A DNA stretch of 52,576 nt from a virus (Duplodnaviria; Caudoviricetes). The notes under the pieces were generated by a model. The model had not been told where the DNA came from. It made no database searches and was given only the letters and a program-made list of their open reading frames with translations. A program made the position numbers and the translations under genes. Positions 27,047 to 36,249 of the stretch are shown piece after piece (within the stretch, counting starts at the first letter, position 1; each line of letters begins with the position of its first letter). Location of the stretch: positions 1 to 52,576 of the IMG/VR virus record IMGVR_UViG_3300047560_000375; one strand, 5' to 3'.

Positions 27047-28057
27047 TTACTCTTTCATGCAAGTAGCTTTAGCAAGATTCTTCCAGTTAGTGGGACTAAT
27101 CTTAACTAAGTCAGCAACTTTCAATGCCATACGCAATGACACTTCACGCAGTTTAGAATGATTGTCCCACATGTAACTGATAATCTCGTCTGCTTGTTCA
27201 GTAGTAAAATCGTAGTCTGCAAACAAACCACCATCAGCATCACGGTGAACTTGTTTGATACGCAACATTTTGTCACGCTCACTATTGATAGTGAGGTCAA
27301 GATAGTGACAACGAGATTGTAGCGCATCCAAGTGTGCTTTGATTTTGTTGCTACGACGGTCACTAAAGTTTAAGTTAGTGATGAAGATAACACTGCCGTT
27401 GAAATTGAAAGTGTTAGGCACACCTTCTTCACGCAAAATGCGTGAGTCTTTGTTCCAACTGATGCGGCGTGTCTTGCCTGAATCCAACGCACCCTTCAAC
27501 ACATTCAATGCGTCTTGGTCTTCCCACACATCACAATCATCAAACACCAACACATTCTTAGCATCACTGTATTTGTACAGTGTAGCAAACAAGCCGATGC
27601 CTGACATAGCACCTTTGACAATCTCAAAGCGTGGGCGCTTGCCTGAGATTTTGTCAAACATACTTGCTTTTTCCATTTGCATAGTCACGCCGTGTGACTT
27701 GCCGACACCTGGGGGGCCTGAAACAATCATAGCACGAATGTCACCTGCGATACAGGCTTTTGACATTTCATCAAGCACATCAAATCGAGCACCAATGCGA
27801 TCCATCGCTTCCTGCTCAGTTTCAGTTTCAGCAACCTCAGATACGATAGGCGTGTCACCTGAAATAAATTGCAAACACTGTTGATTGTCAACGTTAATAC
27901 GCAATTCATCACTACGACCAGGGAATTGACCATCATTCTTTACAGTAACGAAACCACCCTTAGCACCTAGTTGGTAACCCTTGACAAGGGTAAAAACTTG
28001 ATTGTCAACGGGGGTGTTGCGATAAGAACCTGAAGTGATGCGAACTGTGCTAGTCAT
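27047..28057 (-). CDS. AAA+ family P-loop ATPase
   Basis: GPPGVGKS, LVFDDCD, FITN, SRC; start placed at MTSTV after the GAAAGG RBS. Confidence 0.85.
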   Translation of the reverse strand: MTSTVRITSGSYRNTPVDNQVFTLVKGYQLGAKGGFVTVKNDGQFPGRSDELRINVDNQQCLQFISGDTPIVSEVAETETEQEAMDRIGARFDVLDEMSKACIAGDIRAMIVSGPPGVGKSHGVTMQMEKASMFDKISGKRPRFEIVKGAMSGIGLFATLYKYSDAKNVLVFDDCDVWEDQDALNVLKGALDSGKTRRISWNKDSRILREEGVPNTFNFNGSVIFITNLNFSDRRSNKIKAHLDALQSRCHYLDLTINSERDKMLRIKQVHRDADGGLFADYDFTTEQADEIISYMWDNHSKLREVSLRMALKVADLVKISPTNWKNLAKATCMKE

Positions 28058-28082
28058 GTGAACCTTTCGTGTGTAAAGATAT

Positions 28083-28111
28083 ATTATATGTGATTTTGGG
28101 TTTATTGTCAA
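28083..28111 (-). promoter_or_regulatory. Consensus sigma70 early promoter
   Basis: TTGACA-N17-TATAAT. Confidence 0.85.
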
Positions 28112-28332
28112 GCCCGTTTTGCATCCATCATTTCAGACAGGATGAACTTGGCAATGTTCATCATTTTGCGGCTGTCGTCATTACGATCCATAACCAAGAG
28201 TTCCTGAGCATCGGAAAGGACGCTCATCACAACCATTTCAAGACCTGACAATTTTGCGGTAATACTTTCCATGTACTGCTCACGGATAGCTTGTTCTGTG
28301 ATACCATAGCATTTTGATTCAAACTCGGTCAT
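28108..28332 (-). CDS. Hypothetical early protein
   Basis: AAGGAG RBS followed by MTEFES. Confidence 0.7.
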   Translation of the reverse strand: MTEFESKCYGITEQAIREQYMESITAKLSGLEMVVMSVLSDAQELLVMDRNDDSRKMMNIAKFILSEMMDAKRA

Positions 28333-28361
28333 GTCAACTCCTTTAATCAATCAATACACGT

Positions 28362-28390
28362 AGTATATGCCCAAAACCATTTATTGTCAA
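28362..28390 (-). promoter_or_regulatory. sigma70 early promoter
   Basis: TTGACA-N17-TATACT. Confidence 0.85.
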
Positions 28391-28403
28391 CCTTTTTAGC
28401 CAT

Positions 28404-28446
28404 AAAAAAAGTAGTACAAAAGTACTACTTTTTTAGTACTACTTTT
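28404..28446 (-). terminator. AT-rich terminator-like hairpin with a duplicated arm
   Basis: AAAAAAGTAGTAC-aaaa-GTACTACTTTTTT, followed by a second AGTACTACTTTT. Confidence 0.55.
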
Positions 28447-28448
28447 GC

Positions 28449-29507
28449 TTAAAAAGCATCGTAGTAGCGGTATTGTTGACGTTTGACACGGGTCAATGTC
28501 AAACGAGTACCGTTGTCCTCGAATACAAATTCACCCTTGTTTGCATCAACTTTAATCAATGCGTTAGGATTGAAAATTTTGTATTCCCAATCACATTCGT
28601 CATCTTCTGGATCAGGATCGAAGGACACTTCGATGCCTTTTGGTTGCAAAGGATTGCCCTCAAAAGTATCACGGCGCTTCTCAACAATTTCCTTACCGTT
28701 GTGAATGATAGTCATGGTGTACTCTGTACCAGAATCAAATTCTGGCTTAGCGTTCAACATTGACAATGCTTCTTGCGGAGATTCGTTGTAGCGATTCATT
28801 TCTTCAACAAGTGCCTTCAACATATCAAAGTTGAATTCGGCAAACAATGAACCCACGTTAACAATGCTGTCAATATAAGTCTTGTTGTTCAAATTGTCGT
28901 TACAGTATTCACGAATGAACTCTGCATCCAAACCTTTGAAGTCAAGCATGTAATAAATACGACCTGGACGATTACGCATGTGGCTGTCAATACGCCACTT
29001 GTCATTACAAGTCAACAAGAAAAGTTTCTTAGTTGGGAACACACCATCAAGCAATGTCAAAATTGATTCTTGTTCTTCACGGTCATAAGTCTTTTCAAAT
29101 TCATCAAACAAGATAGCGCAAGGCTGGTCAATAGATTGAATAAAGTTGTTGAACTTGTCACCACACCAAGGAGCGTTGATAACGATTGTTGGGATATCCA
29201 TTGTTGCCAACTTCATGCAAACGTTCTTAGTAAGCAATGTCTTACCTGAACCCTTTTCACCAGTTAGCATTACCCCTGTAGTTGATGGGCGAGCCATGAA
29301 TGTACTCACAATACGATCGGTGTTCTTCAAACAATCACCATACACTTTACTGATTGCTTGAAAACTGTCAATTTGTTCAAGATACAACTGCCCTGTCATT
29401 TCATCTTTCTGAATAATGTAATTACCTGCAGGAAGATGTTCAGTGATATCCAATGATTCTTTTTTAGTAACACGATATGTATTACCTGATTTCAAAAAGT
29501 ATGCCAT
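28449..29507 (-). CDS. AAA family ATPase
   Basis: GEKGSGKT, ILFDEFEK, LLDG, TCN, NRPGRI. Confidence 0.9.
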   Translation of the reverse strand: MAYFLKSGNTYRVTKKESLDITEHLPAGNYIIQKDEMTGQLYLEQIDSFQAISKVYGDCLKNTDRIVSTFMARPSTTGVMLTGEKGSGKTLLTKNVCMKLATMDIPTIVINAPWCGDKFNNFIQSIDQPCAILFDEFEKTYDREEQESILTLLDGVFPTKKLFLLTCNDKWRIDSHMRNRPGRIYYMLDFKGLDAEFIREYCNDNLNNKTYIDSIVNVGSLFAEFNFDMLKALVEEMNRYNESPQEALSMLNAKPEFDSGTEYTMTIIHNGKEIVEKRRDTFEGNPLQPKGIEVSFDPDPEDDECDWEYKIFNPNALIKVDANKGEFVFEDNGTRLTLTRVKRQQYRYYDAF

Positions 29508-29543
29508 ATGTTCTTTCAAATAGAAGTTTGATTTAGAGTAGAG

Positions 29544-29572
29544 ATTGTATGTTTAACTGGTTTAGTTGTCAA
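29544..29572 (-). promoter_or_regulatory. sigma70 early promoter
   Basis: TTGACA-N17-TACAAT. Confidence 0.8.
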
Positions 29573-29574
29573 TT

Positions 29575-29602
29575 AAAAAAGAGCACCGAAGTGCCCTTTT
29601 TT
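29575..29602 (-). terminator. Intrinsic terminator
   Basis: GGGCAC-TTCG-GTGCTC-TTTTTT on the minus strand. Confidence 0.8.
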
Positions 29603-30590
29603 AATATTGTTTTGGAATAGGCCACGATGTATCAAATGATGCAGTATGATATTCAGGTGCTTTGTAAACAAAACGCTCTGCGATATTATTACGTTCATCA
29701 TTCTGACCTTCAGCGTAACCAGCTGGGTAGTTCTTCAATTCACCTGCTGAGTTAAAAGGACGACCATAGTATCCATCAGAATAACCGCGATAAAAGTCTT
29801 TACTGCTTACTTTAGGACCTGTTGGCTTCGGTGCAACATAAGTGTTGTTGTTAGCGTTAGCCTGAACCGGCTTGTCGAATTCAGCTTGGTCATCAGGGTT
29901 AACACCAACTTCACCAATTACTTCATAGCGACATGCACGACCTTTGCTGTTATCGTAGTCTGTTGGAATAGACACAACATCAGCCGGGTTGATTTTCACA
30001 ATCACTGTACGAGCACCACCGAAATGCTTCAAGTAGCTTTCACTACAGAAGTGCAAGCCATAACTACAAGTATTGTTTTGGTTATCGTCAACCTTGTTGC
30101 GAGGCATTTCAACAATCTTACCAGGACTGTTATCCATAGTACCTGAATGACAATCTTTGTAGTCATCACGCACACGCTTGTATGCGAGGAAGTGACCATC
30201 AGGAGTGATTGGCAAGTTGTTCTTTTCCAAGAAAGCATACAACTCAGTAACACTACGGTTACTTGGGTTATCCATCAAGTTTTCCATAAACTTGACAAGA
30301 GGATCAATAGTGAAGCCTTCTTGCAACATTGTAATCATGCGAACAGCCAACGCACCATTGAACTCCTCGTTGTCCCAGTAGAGAGTTTCACCCTTAACGG
30401 ACACTCGACCTTGGCCGTAGTCCAATACAACTTTCTTTGGCTCAATCACATTTTGCACAGTTTCCCAGTCACCTGCTTTGATAGCATCAACAACCTTTTG
30501 ATAGGTAATGTGTGTCTTAGAAATTGTGTGTGGCTTGTTGCCGATAACTACGGTAACATTGTTACCTTGAATGATGAATGGAAAGCTCAT
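29601..30590 (-). CDS. rIIB: rIIB-like protein
   Basis: NPS...LYAFL..NNLPITPDGHFLAYK, CSYGLH, VVSIPTDY, KGRACRY; follows rIIA. Confidence 0.88.
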   Translation of the reverse strand: MSFPFIIQGNNVTVVIGNKPHTISKTHITYQKVVDAIKAGDWETVQNVIEPKKVVLDYGQGRVSVKGETLYWDNEEFNGALAVRMITMLQEGFTIDPLVKFMENLMDNPSNRSVTELYAFLEKNNLPITPDGHFLAYKRVRDDYKDCHSGTMDNSPGKIVEMPRNKVDDNQNNTCSYGLHFCSESYLKHFGGARTVIVKINPADVVSIPTDYDNSKGRACRYEVIGEVGVNPDDQAEFDKPVQANANNNTYVAPKPTGPKVSSKDFYRGYSDGYYGRPFNSAGELKNYPAGYAEGQNDERNNIAERFVYKAPEYHTASFDTSWPIPKQY

Positions 30591-30591
30591 C

Positions 30592-32745
30592 TTAAACTCC
30601 TTTAGATTGGTCGATCAAATTAATATACTCTGCTACCGCTTTTTTGTCAATGTTATAGCTTGACAAATTCTTTAACAGTGGGTAACGATTTTTCACTTCG
30701 TTGACTTCCTGTGTGTACTTATCAATCAATACTTGTGGGCTAGTATTTGTTTTCACATCATACATTTTACACAACCACTGAGTTGCAATTTGGGTTTGAC
30801 TGTCAACAGCTTTAACATCTTTGAACAAATTAACCAGTTTATGAAACGGGCTAGCTGTCTCAATATCAATGCTATTGTACTTGATTAAGTCCTCAATGTC
30901 AAGTTGTTGTTTGACCAAACCCATGATGTTAGACTTGTCCATTTTAGCAAGTTGCTCGACAATGTAGTTGTCCAATTCAACCCAATTCTTTTGCTTCTTA
31001 ATATATTCAATGTCAGTTTTACGAACACCGTAAATTGTACCACTGTATACATTAGATTTTTGCAAATACTTAGCCAAATTCTTAACGTCACTGCATTTGT
31101 TCAACGCAACATATCCTGACAGTGGAATGTAGTAGTGAGTGGTATTAGCATCAAAACTATCAGCCTTACCAGCATCACGCCACACCATGTCATTGTCGCT
31201 ACGCCGCCATCCACTGCCACCACGTTCTTCCAAGTTCATAATCGTAACGTTCTTACCCATCGTAGAACTACGTTCTTTTTCCAAGAAAGAAGAAACGTTA
31301 CTGAACTGATCCTCTGGAGGGTTAGCGATCAATTTCTTGAAACCTGCAATGTCAACTGGCTTAGTCTTGTCAGCCGCTTCAATCACATAAACATGAATAT
31401 TACTGAGGTTGTTATCCTTCATGTAAGATGATTCTTTCATGTGATACTTGGAACGCTCAGTAGCACCAATCTTAGTATCATTAATCACGAAACGAGTTTC
31501 ACGTGCAATACTGATAGACCACATTTGTTTCATCACAGTTTGACCATTTGCACTTTCGTAATTGCCCTGCGACTTCAAGTTAGAGCAAACATTGTATCCG
31601 CGGCTCTTAGTGAAACCACGCAAGTCAATGTTGTATTTGCTACGCAACTCTGCAACTTCCAACTTGAATGAGTGAGTACGATGCCAAGAATTTGAGCCAG
31701 TCACATATTCGAATTTAGTGTCAACAACATATTTGTTGACAGCATTCTGCCACAAGTAGTTACTTGCCTTCTTAGTAAGATACAGTGCCTTTTCCCAAGT
31801 GTTTGTAATCTTGTCAGCTTCCTCAGCAACGTGAACTGCCAATTGTGCATTCAATGCTTCCAACTTACGTTTGATAGCCTCGATTGTTTGAGGAATATAT
31901 GACAGACCTTCACGGCTAGCTTGGAAGTCAAGTTCACCGATGTTGAATTCCATAACCAAACTGCAATTCAAAAGTTGACGCAATTCACCGATTGTTTTGT
32001 CAGCTTCAGGAATTTGAATTGGATACGCAATGTTACCCATGATAGCAATAGAAGTACTACCATCTTTGCGATTATGAACGCCGGGGATAATGTTTTCAGT
32101 TTCGTATTCTACGACAGGTACAGCAAAATTGTCAGCACCAGACACCACTGGTTGCAATTTGAAATACTTGTAAACATGACGAGCCTCGTCACGGAACTTT
32201 GAAAAGTCGTAACGGTCATTTACTGCAAATCGAACCTCGACACCGTTGGGGTCAGTGGTTTCTTCCTCCATCATCAGTGCGATGGATGGGACTCCTTGTT
32301 CGTTGATGAAGGCTGTGTAGACACCTTTCTTGTTACCTTGAACCGCGGTAACCGTAAAGTTATCAGTGTAACTAAAGGGAGACTTACTGCCCAAACCAAG
32401 AGCACCAATAAATTCATTGGAGTTTGTTTTAGTACTTTCAAAATATGTAGTGTAAATGTTTTTAACTTGTTCATGGTTAAGTCCTGTTCCATAGTCACGA
32501 ATAGAGAAATGGGGCTCAAGTGCGTTAGGCAAATGAACGTCAAAGGGTGTGTCAGATTTACCTGCGGCTACATGGCTATCAACTGCGTTACACGATAGTT
32601 CACGAATGATAGCACGAATTTTGTTAGCATACAAACCTGAACTGAGGATGTTGAATGCTTTGGCACTATTGCGAATACGAAACTCACCGATTTCACCGAC
32701 ATTGGATACGATTGCCTCGTTCTGTGGTGCTGAGTTAATAATCAT
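30592..32745 (-). CDS. rIIA: rIIA-like protein (N-terminal GHKL ATPase)
   Basis: LYANKIRAIIRELSCNAVDSH, RDYGTG, GALGLGSKSPFSY, SREGLSY. Confidence 0.9.
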   Translation of the reverse strand: MIINSAPQNEAIVSNVGEIGEFRIRNSAKAFNILSSGLYANKIRAIIRELSCNAVDSHVAAGKSDTPFDVHLPNALEPHFSIRDYGTGLNHEQVKNIYTTYFESTKTNSNEFIGALGLGSKSPFSYTDNFTVTAVQGNKKGVYTAFINEQGVPSIALMMEEETTDPNGVEVRFAVNDRYDFSKFRDEARHVYKYFKLQPVVSGADNFAVPVVEYETENIIPGVHNRKDGSTSIAIMGNIAYPIQIPEADKTIGELRQLLNCSLVMEFNIGELDFQASREGLSYIPQTIEAIKRKLEALNAQLAVHVAEEADKITNTWEKALYLTKKASNYLWQNAVNKYVVDTKFEYVTGSNSWHRTHSFKLEVAELRSKYNIDLRGFTKSRGYNVCSNLKSQGNYESANGQTVMKQMWSISIARETRFVINDTKIGATERSKYHMKESSYMKDNNLSNIHVYVIEAADKTKPVDIAGFKKLIANPPEDQFSNVSSFLEKERSSTMGKNVTIMNLEERGGSGWRRSDNDMVWRDAGKADSFDANTTHYYIPLSGYVALNKCSDVKNLAKYLQKSNVYSGTIYGVRKTDIEYIKKQKNWVELDNYIVEQLAKMDKSNIMGLVKQQLDIEDLIKYNSIDIETASPFHKLVNLFKDVKAVDSQTQIATQWLCKMYDVKTNTSPQVLIDKYTQEVNEVKNRYPLLKNLSSYNIDKKAVAEYINLIDQSKGV

Positions 32746-32774
32746 TTCTTTCCTTTTGTTGATTCAATACAAGT

Positions 32775-32803
32775 ATTATAAACGATTTTGGATTTATTGT
32801 AAA
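32775..32803 (-). promoter_or_regulatory. sigma70 early promoter for rIIA
   Basis: TTTACA-N17-TATAAT. Confidence 0.8.
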
Positions 32804-33012
32804 CCGAAAAGTGCAATATAAACAGCTTCACGGACTTCGGTGTCAGTAGCTTCCTCACAGATAGAAGGAAATTTTACAGTCAAATTAAACAATTCGTTCT
32901 CAACTTGAGCCCAATCCATTTTGAGTACTTTTGCATTACGGACAATTTCATCAACTGCCTCATTGCCGAAATCCGAAAACATTGCGTAGTGGGTTTTAGT
33001 AGCTTGTGACAT
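32794..33012 (-). CDS. Hypothetical early protein
   Basis: 72 aa; AAGGAG RBS; own promoter. Confidence 0.7.
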   Translation of the reverse strand: MSQATKTHYAMFSDFGNEAVDEIVRNAKVLKMDWAQVENELFNLTVKFPSICEEATDTEVREAVYIALFGLQ

Positions 33013-33042
33013 TTAGAACTCCTTTAATCAATCAATGCACAT

Positions 33043-33071
33043 ATTGTATGCCCAAACTGATTATTTGTCAA
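33043..33071 (-). promoter_or_regulatory. sigma70 early promoter
   Basis: TTGACA-N17-TACAAT; near-copy of the 28336-28391 element. Confidence 0.85.
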
Positions 33072-33081
33072 CATTTGGAGA

Positions 33082-33097
33082 AGCCCCTTTCGGGGCT
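33082..33097 (-). terminator. GC-rich hairpin, probable terminator
   Basis: AGCCCC-gaaa-GGGGCT with a weak U-tract. Confidence 0.55.
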
Positions 33098-33114
33098 AAA
33101 AATGAATACTTTAG

Positions 33115-33303
33115 TTACACTTTTTCGATTCTAGCACGCCAGAAATAATCGGGTGTGCCACCTTCTTCCCAACGAGCCGCGTACTTTTCGGCTTCCTCTC
33201 GGGTAGTGAAATACTTAGTGTCGTTATCGTCAACACGTTGACCCCAACCACGTTCGTATTCAGTGATAGTGACCTTGAAAACACCATTTAGTTTGACTTC
33301 CAT
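33115..33303 (-). CDS. Hypothetical early protein
   Basis: 62 aa; AAGGAG RBS; EYERGWGQR motif. Confidence 0.7.
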   Translation of the reverse strand: MEVKLNGVFKVTITEYERGWGQRVDDNDTKYFTTREEAEKYAARWEEGGTPDYFWRARIEKV

Positions 33304-33332
33304 TTTTCACTCCTTCTATCTACTGTAGTTAC

Positions 33333-33361
33333 AGTATATCAGAGTACCGATTTCATGTCAA
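33333..33361 (-). promoter_or_regulatory. sigma70 early promoter
   Basis: TTGACA-N17-TATACT. Confidence 0.8.
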
Positions 33362-34205
33362 CTTTCCAATCGTATATGTCGTAAAACTGCACACTATCTC
33401 TAGGTGTAACTCTAGTGGAACCGCTAATAGTTAATTCTTTTCCTAGACTAAAAATACTCTCCCACATTGGTCTCAATGAATTATTGTTCAAAACTTTGAC
33501 CCGATACGCATAGTCATTTTTGTCCTTGAACCAGTATTCAGTTTGAGCCTGTTTGTTTTTAGGACTGATGCTACTTGAACGCAATGGTGTGAGTTTTTCA
33601 GTACCTCGTCTGCTAACAAAAAGTTCGTTCTTGTCAACAATTTCTTTCTTCAATGGTCTGAACATTTCGTCCATTTGTTGGTCATAGAAATAGAATTCAG
33701 GAAGTCTGTACGCAAGAGGTTGCATGTCTTTTTTGAATCGCAATCCATTACCATTTACTAACTCGCTCATATCTTTGCGGAAGTTACTCATTGGTTGTTC
33801 ACGCAATGTTTGCACCATTAGTTTTTTGCTATAGTAGTCCCTGATTTTAGATGCGAACTCTCTATCTTCAGGTTCGATGAGACTATACAATACACGATCA
33901 GTTACACTAGTGATCTGTGTCATAGTTGGTGGGCTTTGTTTATCACAGTTGCGGTTGCGTAATCGATGCCATGTGCAACTAAGTGTTAATATGTCCTCAG
34001 TTGATTCTACGACTTCATACACTTTAAGATATTCATGTGTATCTCGGTCTGCTGAAAATAAACCCAGTCCACCTATATTAGAAGAACTATTAATGGTTTT
34101 ACCAATTGAAGAAAGTGATACAGTACCTACTGCACTTACGGGATTTGCTATACTTGTGATAGTCTGAATTCCTTGACCTATCCAAGGAGATTGTGAGTTA
34201 GCCAA
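33339..34205 (-). CDS. Hypothetical protein (possible C-terminal OB-like region)
   Basis: Long ORF; start tentatively placed at the TTG overlapping the uvsY end. Confidence 0.6.
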   Translation of the reverse strand: MANSQSPWIGQGIQTITSIANPVSAVGTVSLSSIGKTINSSSNIGGLGLFSADRDTHEYLKVYEVVESTEDILTLSCTWHRLRNRNCDKQSPPTMTQITSVTDRVLYSLIEPEDREFASKIRDYYSKKLMVQTLREQPMSNFRKDMSELVNGNGLRFKKDMQPLAYRLPEFYFYDQQMDEMFRPLKKEIVDKNELFVSRRGTEKLTPLRSSSISPKNKQAQTEYWFKDKNDYAYRVKVLNNNSLRPMWESIFSLGKELTISGSTRVTPRDSVQFYDIYDWKVDMKSVL

Positions 34206-34659
34206 TTGTAATATCTTCCATTCCAGCAGTGCGTAAACGAACAATATGACCCATCTGCCACTGCTTTGCTTCTAGGCCCTTCATGATCCCTAACCAGCGA
34301 TTGCGTAATAATGCTACTTCGTTAATCAACACTTCCATGTCAACTACTTCATCTTCACCATCAACATATTTTTCAGCATCACGGCTAGTTAATGCTCTAT
34401 TATACGCCTCTAGGTATTTTTGAAAATGTTTTCGGCGAATTTTCCGTAATTGAATGTTTAGATAGTTGAGCACTGCTTCAATTTCTTGTAATTGATTGAA
34501 ACGATGTTCAGTTACGCCGGGCAAATTGGCAATGTTCTTTTCAACATTGCCATAGATTTTTACATCTGATTTTGCCTGCACTAATTCTGAATCATAGAAT
34601 GTAATGAAGTCCGGGAGAACAGACAAGTCTGTTGAGATCCTAGTGTACCAATTCGACAT
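34198..34659 (-). CDS. uvsY: Recombination mediator, UvsY-like
   Basis: Helical 153 aa; TSRDAEKYVDGE...KQWQMGHIVRLRTAG; next to uvsX. Confidence 0.75.
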   Translation of the reverse strand: MSNWYTRISTDLSVLPDFITFYDSELVQAKSDVKIYGNVEKNIANLPGVTEHRFNQLQEIEAVLNYLNIQLRKIRRKHFQKYLEAYNRALTSRDAEKYVDGEDEVVDMEVLINEVALLRNRWLGIMKGLEAKQWQMGHIVRLRTAGMEDITIG

Positions 34660-34908
34660 TTAATCCCAATCTTCGTCTAGTTCTTCTTCATCGTATTCTT
34701 CGTATTCTTCCTCAGCAAAATGTTCTTCTGCGTAACCTTTTAGTGCTGTCGTAATATCTTTGTCGCGGAATGAATCTTTAATTTCATCGATTTCAAAATT
34801 ATTATCAATCAATAAATTTACGATTGCATCAGCCGCGTCACCGCGAGAACCCATGTCAATGTGTTCACGCAATGCTTCCCAAACTTCACTTACTAAATTT
34901 AAACTCAT
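34660..34908 (-). CDS. Hypothetical protein with an acidic tail
   Basis: 82 aa between uvsX and uvsY. Confidence 0.7.
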   Translation of the reverse strand: MSLNLVSEVWEALREHIDMGSRGDAADAIVNLLIDNNFEIDEIKDSFRDKDITTALKGYAEEHFAEEEYEEYDEEELDEDWD

Positions 34909-35972
34909 TCTGTTACCGCCTCCTCCGGTGTAACAGTACTTATCACACTTTTGCCAGTTTTGGTATACTCACTCATAACTTTATCTAGCATGCCGTCTTT
35001 GTTAGCTTCCCAGCCTTTACGGAATGCCTTGAGTATTTCACCGTCTTGTGTTGTATACACTAAACTGTTGCCTTCTTTTTTAAGTGCTTCGTCTTTTTCA
35101 AGCATATCAACTAAGCCACTATATGGGTTCATACCTGTTTCATATGGAATCTTAATTTGAACACCCTCGAATGGTTTAGCATAACGAGTTTTCATAATCT
35201 TACAAGCCGCACGAATACCGTGAACTTCACTTGTTTTGTTGCCATCTTCATCTTCTTTGAGTTTCAATTTCTTCATAGCAACAACGATGGAACTAGCATA
35301 GATGAAGCCTTGACCACCAGAAATTTTGTCATCTGGATCAAACATATCTTGTGAAGCATAACTGTGATTAGTAGCAACTAAACCTACATTGTGACTACCG
35401 AACATGTTTACACAATTACGAACAAGTGATGTAAGTGCTTTAGGCTTACGACCCATATCACCTTTCATGTCACCTGCTTCAAACTGATTAACGTCAGTTG
35501 GTGTCAACAACATACCTAAACTATCGATAACGAATAGAACTTTAGGTTTGTCTGTCTCTGGTAATGATTTGTATGACTTCATAAACTCACTGATAGTTTT
35601 CGCAACGTCATCAATCATTGCCATATTAAGTTTTAATAACTTATCTTCGCCAGTGTCAACACCTAATGCATGTAGCCATGCTTCGTCAAGTGCGTTTTCA
35701 CTGTCAATCAATACAACAAAGATACCTTGTTGTTGTGCGTGACGTACTAAGTTACCTGAACAGATAAAACTTTTACCTGAACCTGATTCACCTGCGAATA
35801 CAGTAACTTTACCTAGTGGTACACCTTTGTTGAAGTCACCGCTGATTAGATAGTTAAGTGCATAGTTGCCTGTGCTAATCCAATCAGTAGGATCATTAAA
35901 TCCAATTGATAATCCTTCAATACTTTTTGTAATGTCTTTTCTAAATTTGCTAACGTCAAATGGTTTTGCCAT
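34905..35972 (-). CDS. uvsX: RecA-like recombinase (UvsX)
   Basis: GESGSGKS, DSENA, IDSLG, SGGQG, KTRY. Confidence 0.92.
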   Translation of the reverse strand: MAKPFDVSKFRKDITKSIEGLSIGFNDPTDWISTGNYALNYLISGDFNKGVPLGKVTVFAGESGSGKSFICSGNLVRHAQQQGIFVVLIDSENALDEAWLHALGVDTGEDKLLKLNMAMIDDVAKTISEFMKSYKSLPETDKPKVLFVIDSLGMLLTPTDVNQFEAGDMKGDMGRKPKALTSLVRNCVNMFGSHNVGLVATNHSYASQDMFDPDDKISGGQGFIYASSIVVAMKKLKLKEDEDGNKTSEVHGIRAACKIMKTRYAKPFEGVQIKIPYETGMNPYSGLVDMLEKDEALKKEGNSLVYTTQDGEILKAFRKGWEANKDGMLDKVMSEYTKTGKSVISTVTPEEAVTE

Positions 35973-35984
35973 TGTAACTCCTTT

Positions 35985-36212
35985 TTATTTGTTTTGTACA
36001 GTATAAATGCTAAAAGGTTGCTTATCAAGCAACTCGGGACATTTTTCTGCCATGTTGTCAATTTCCCAGTCTTGTGGGAAATGGCGCAATGCGTGTCTTG
36101 CTTTGTCTCTGATAATACTGGGAACACGAGGTGTACGACCTGGATCACACAACTCCTCTAGTAATTTTTTACCGGCTTTTAATGCGCGGTAGCGTTCGTC
36201 TGGTAATGTCAT
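35985..36212 (-). CDS. Small conserved hypothetical protein
   Basis: MTLPDER...PRVP...ALRHFP; AGGAG RBS. Confidence 0.7.
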   Translation of the reverse strand: MTLPDERYRALKAGKKLLEELCDPGRTPRVPSIIRDKARHALRHFPQDWEIDNMAEKCPELLDKQPFSIYTVQNK

Positions 36213-36228
36213 GGTGTTCTCCTAAGAA

Positions 36229-36244
36229 AGGGGCCGAAGCCCCT
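36229..36244 (-). terminator. Terminator hairpin after the gp32-like gene
   Basis: AGGGGC-TTCG-GCCCCT-TTCTT. Confidence 0.7.
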
Positions 36245-36249
36245 CACCA

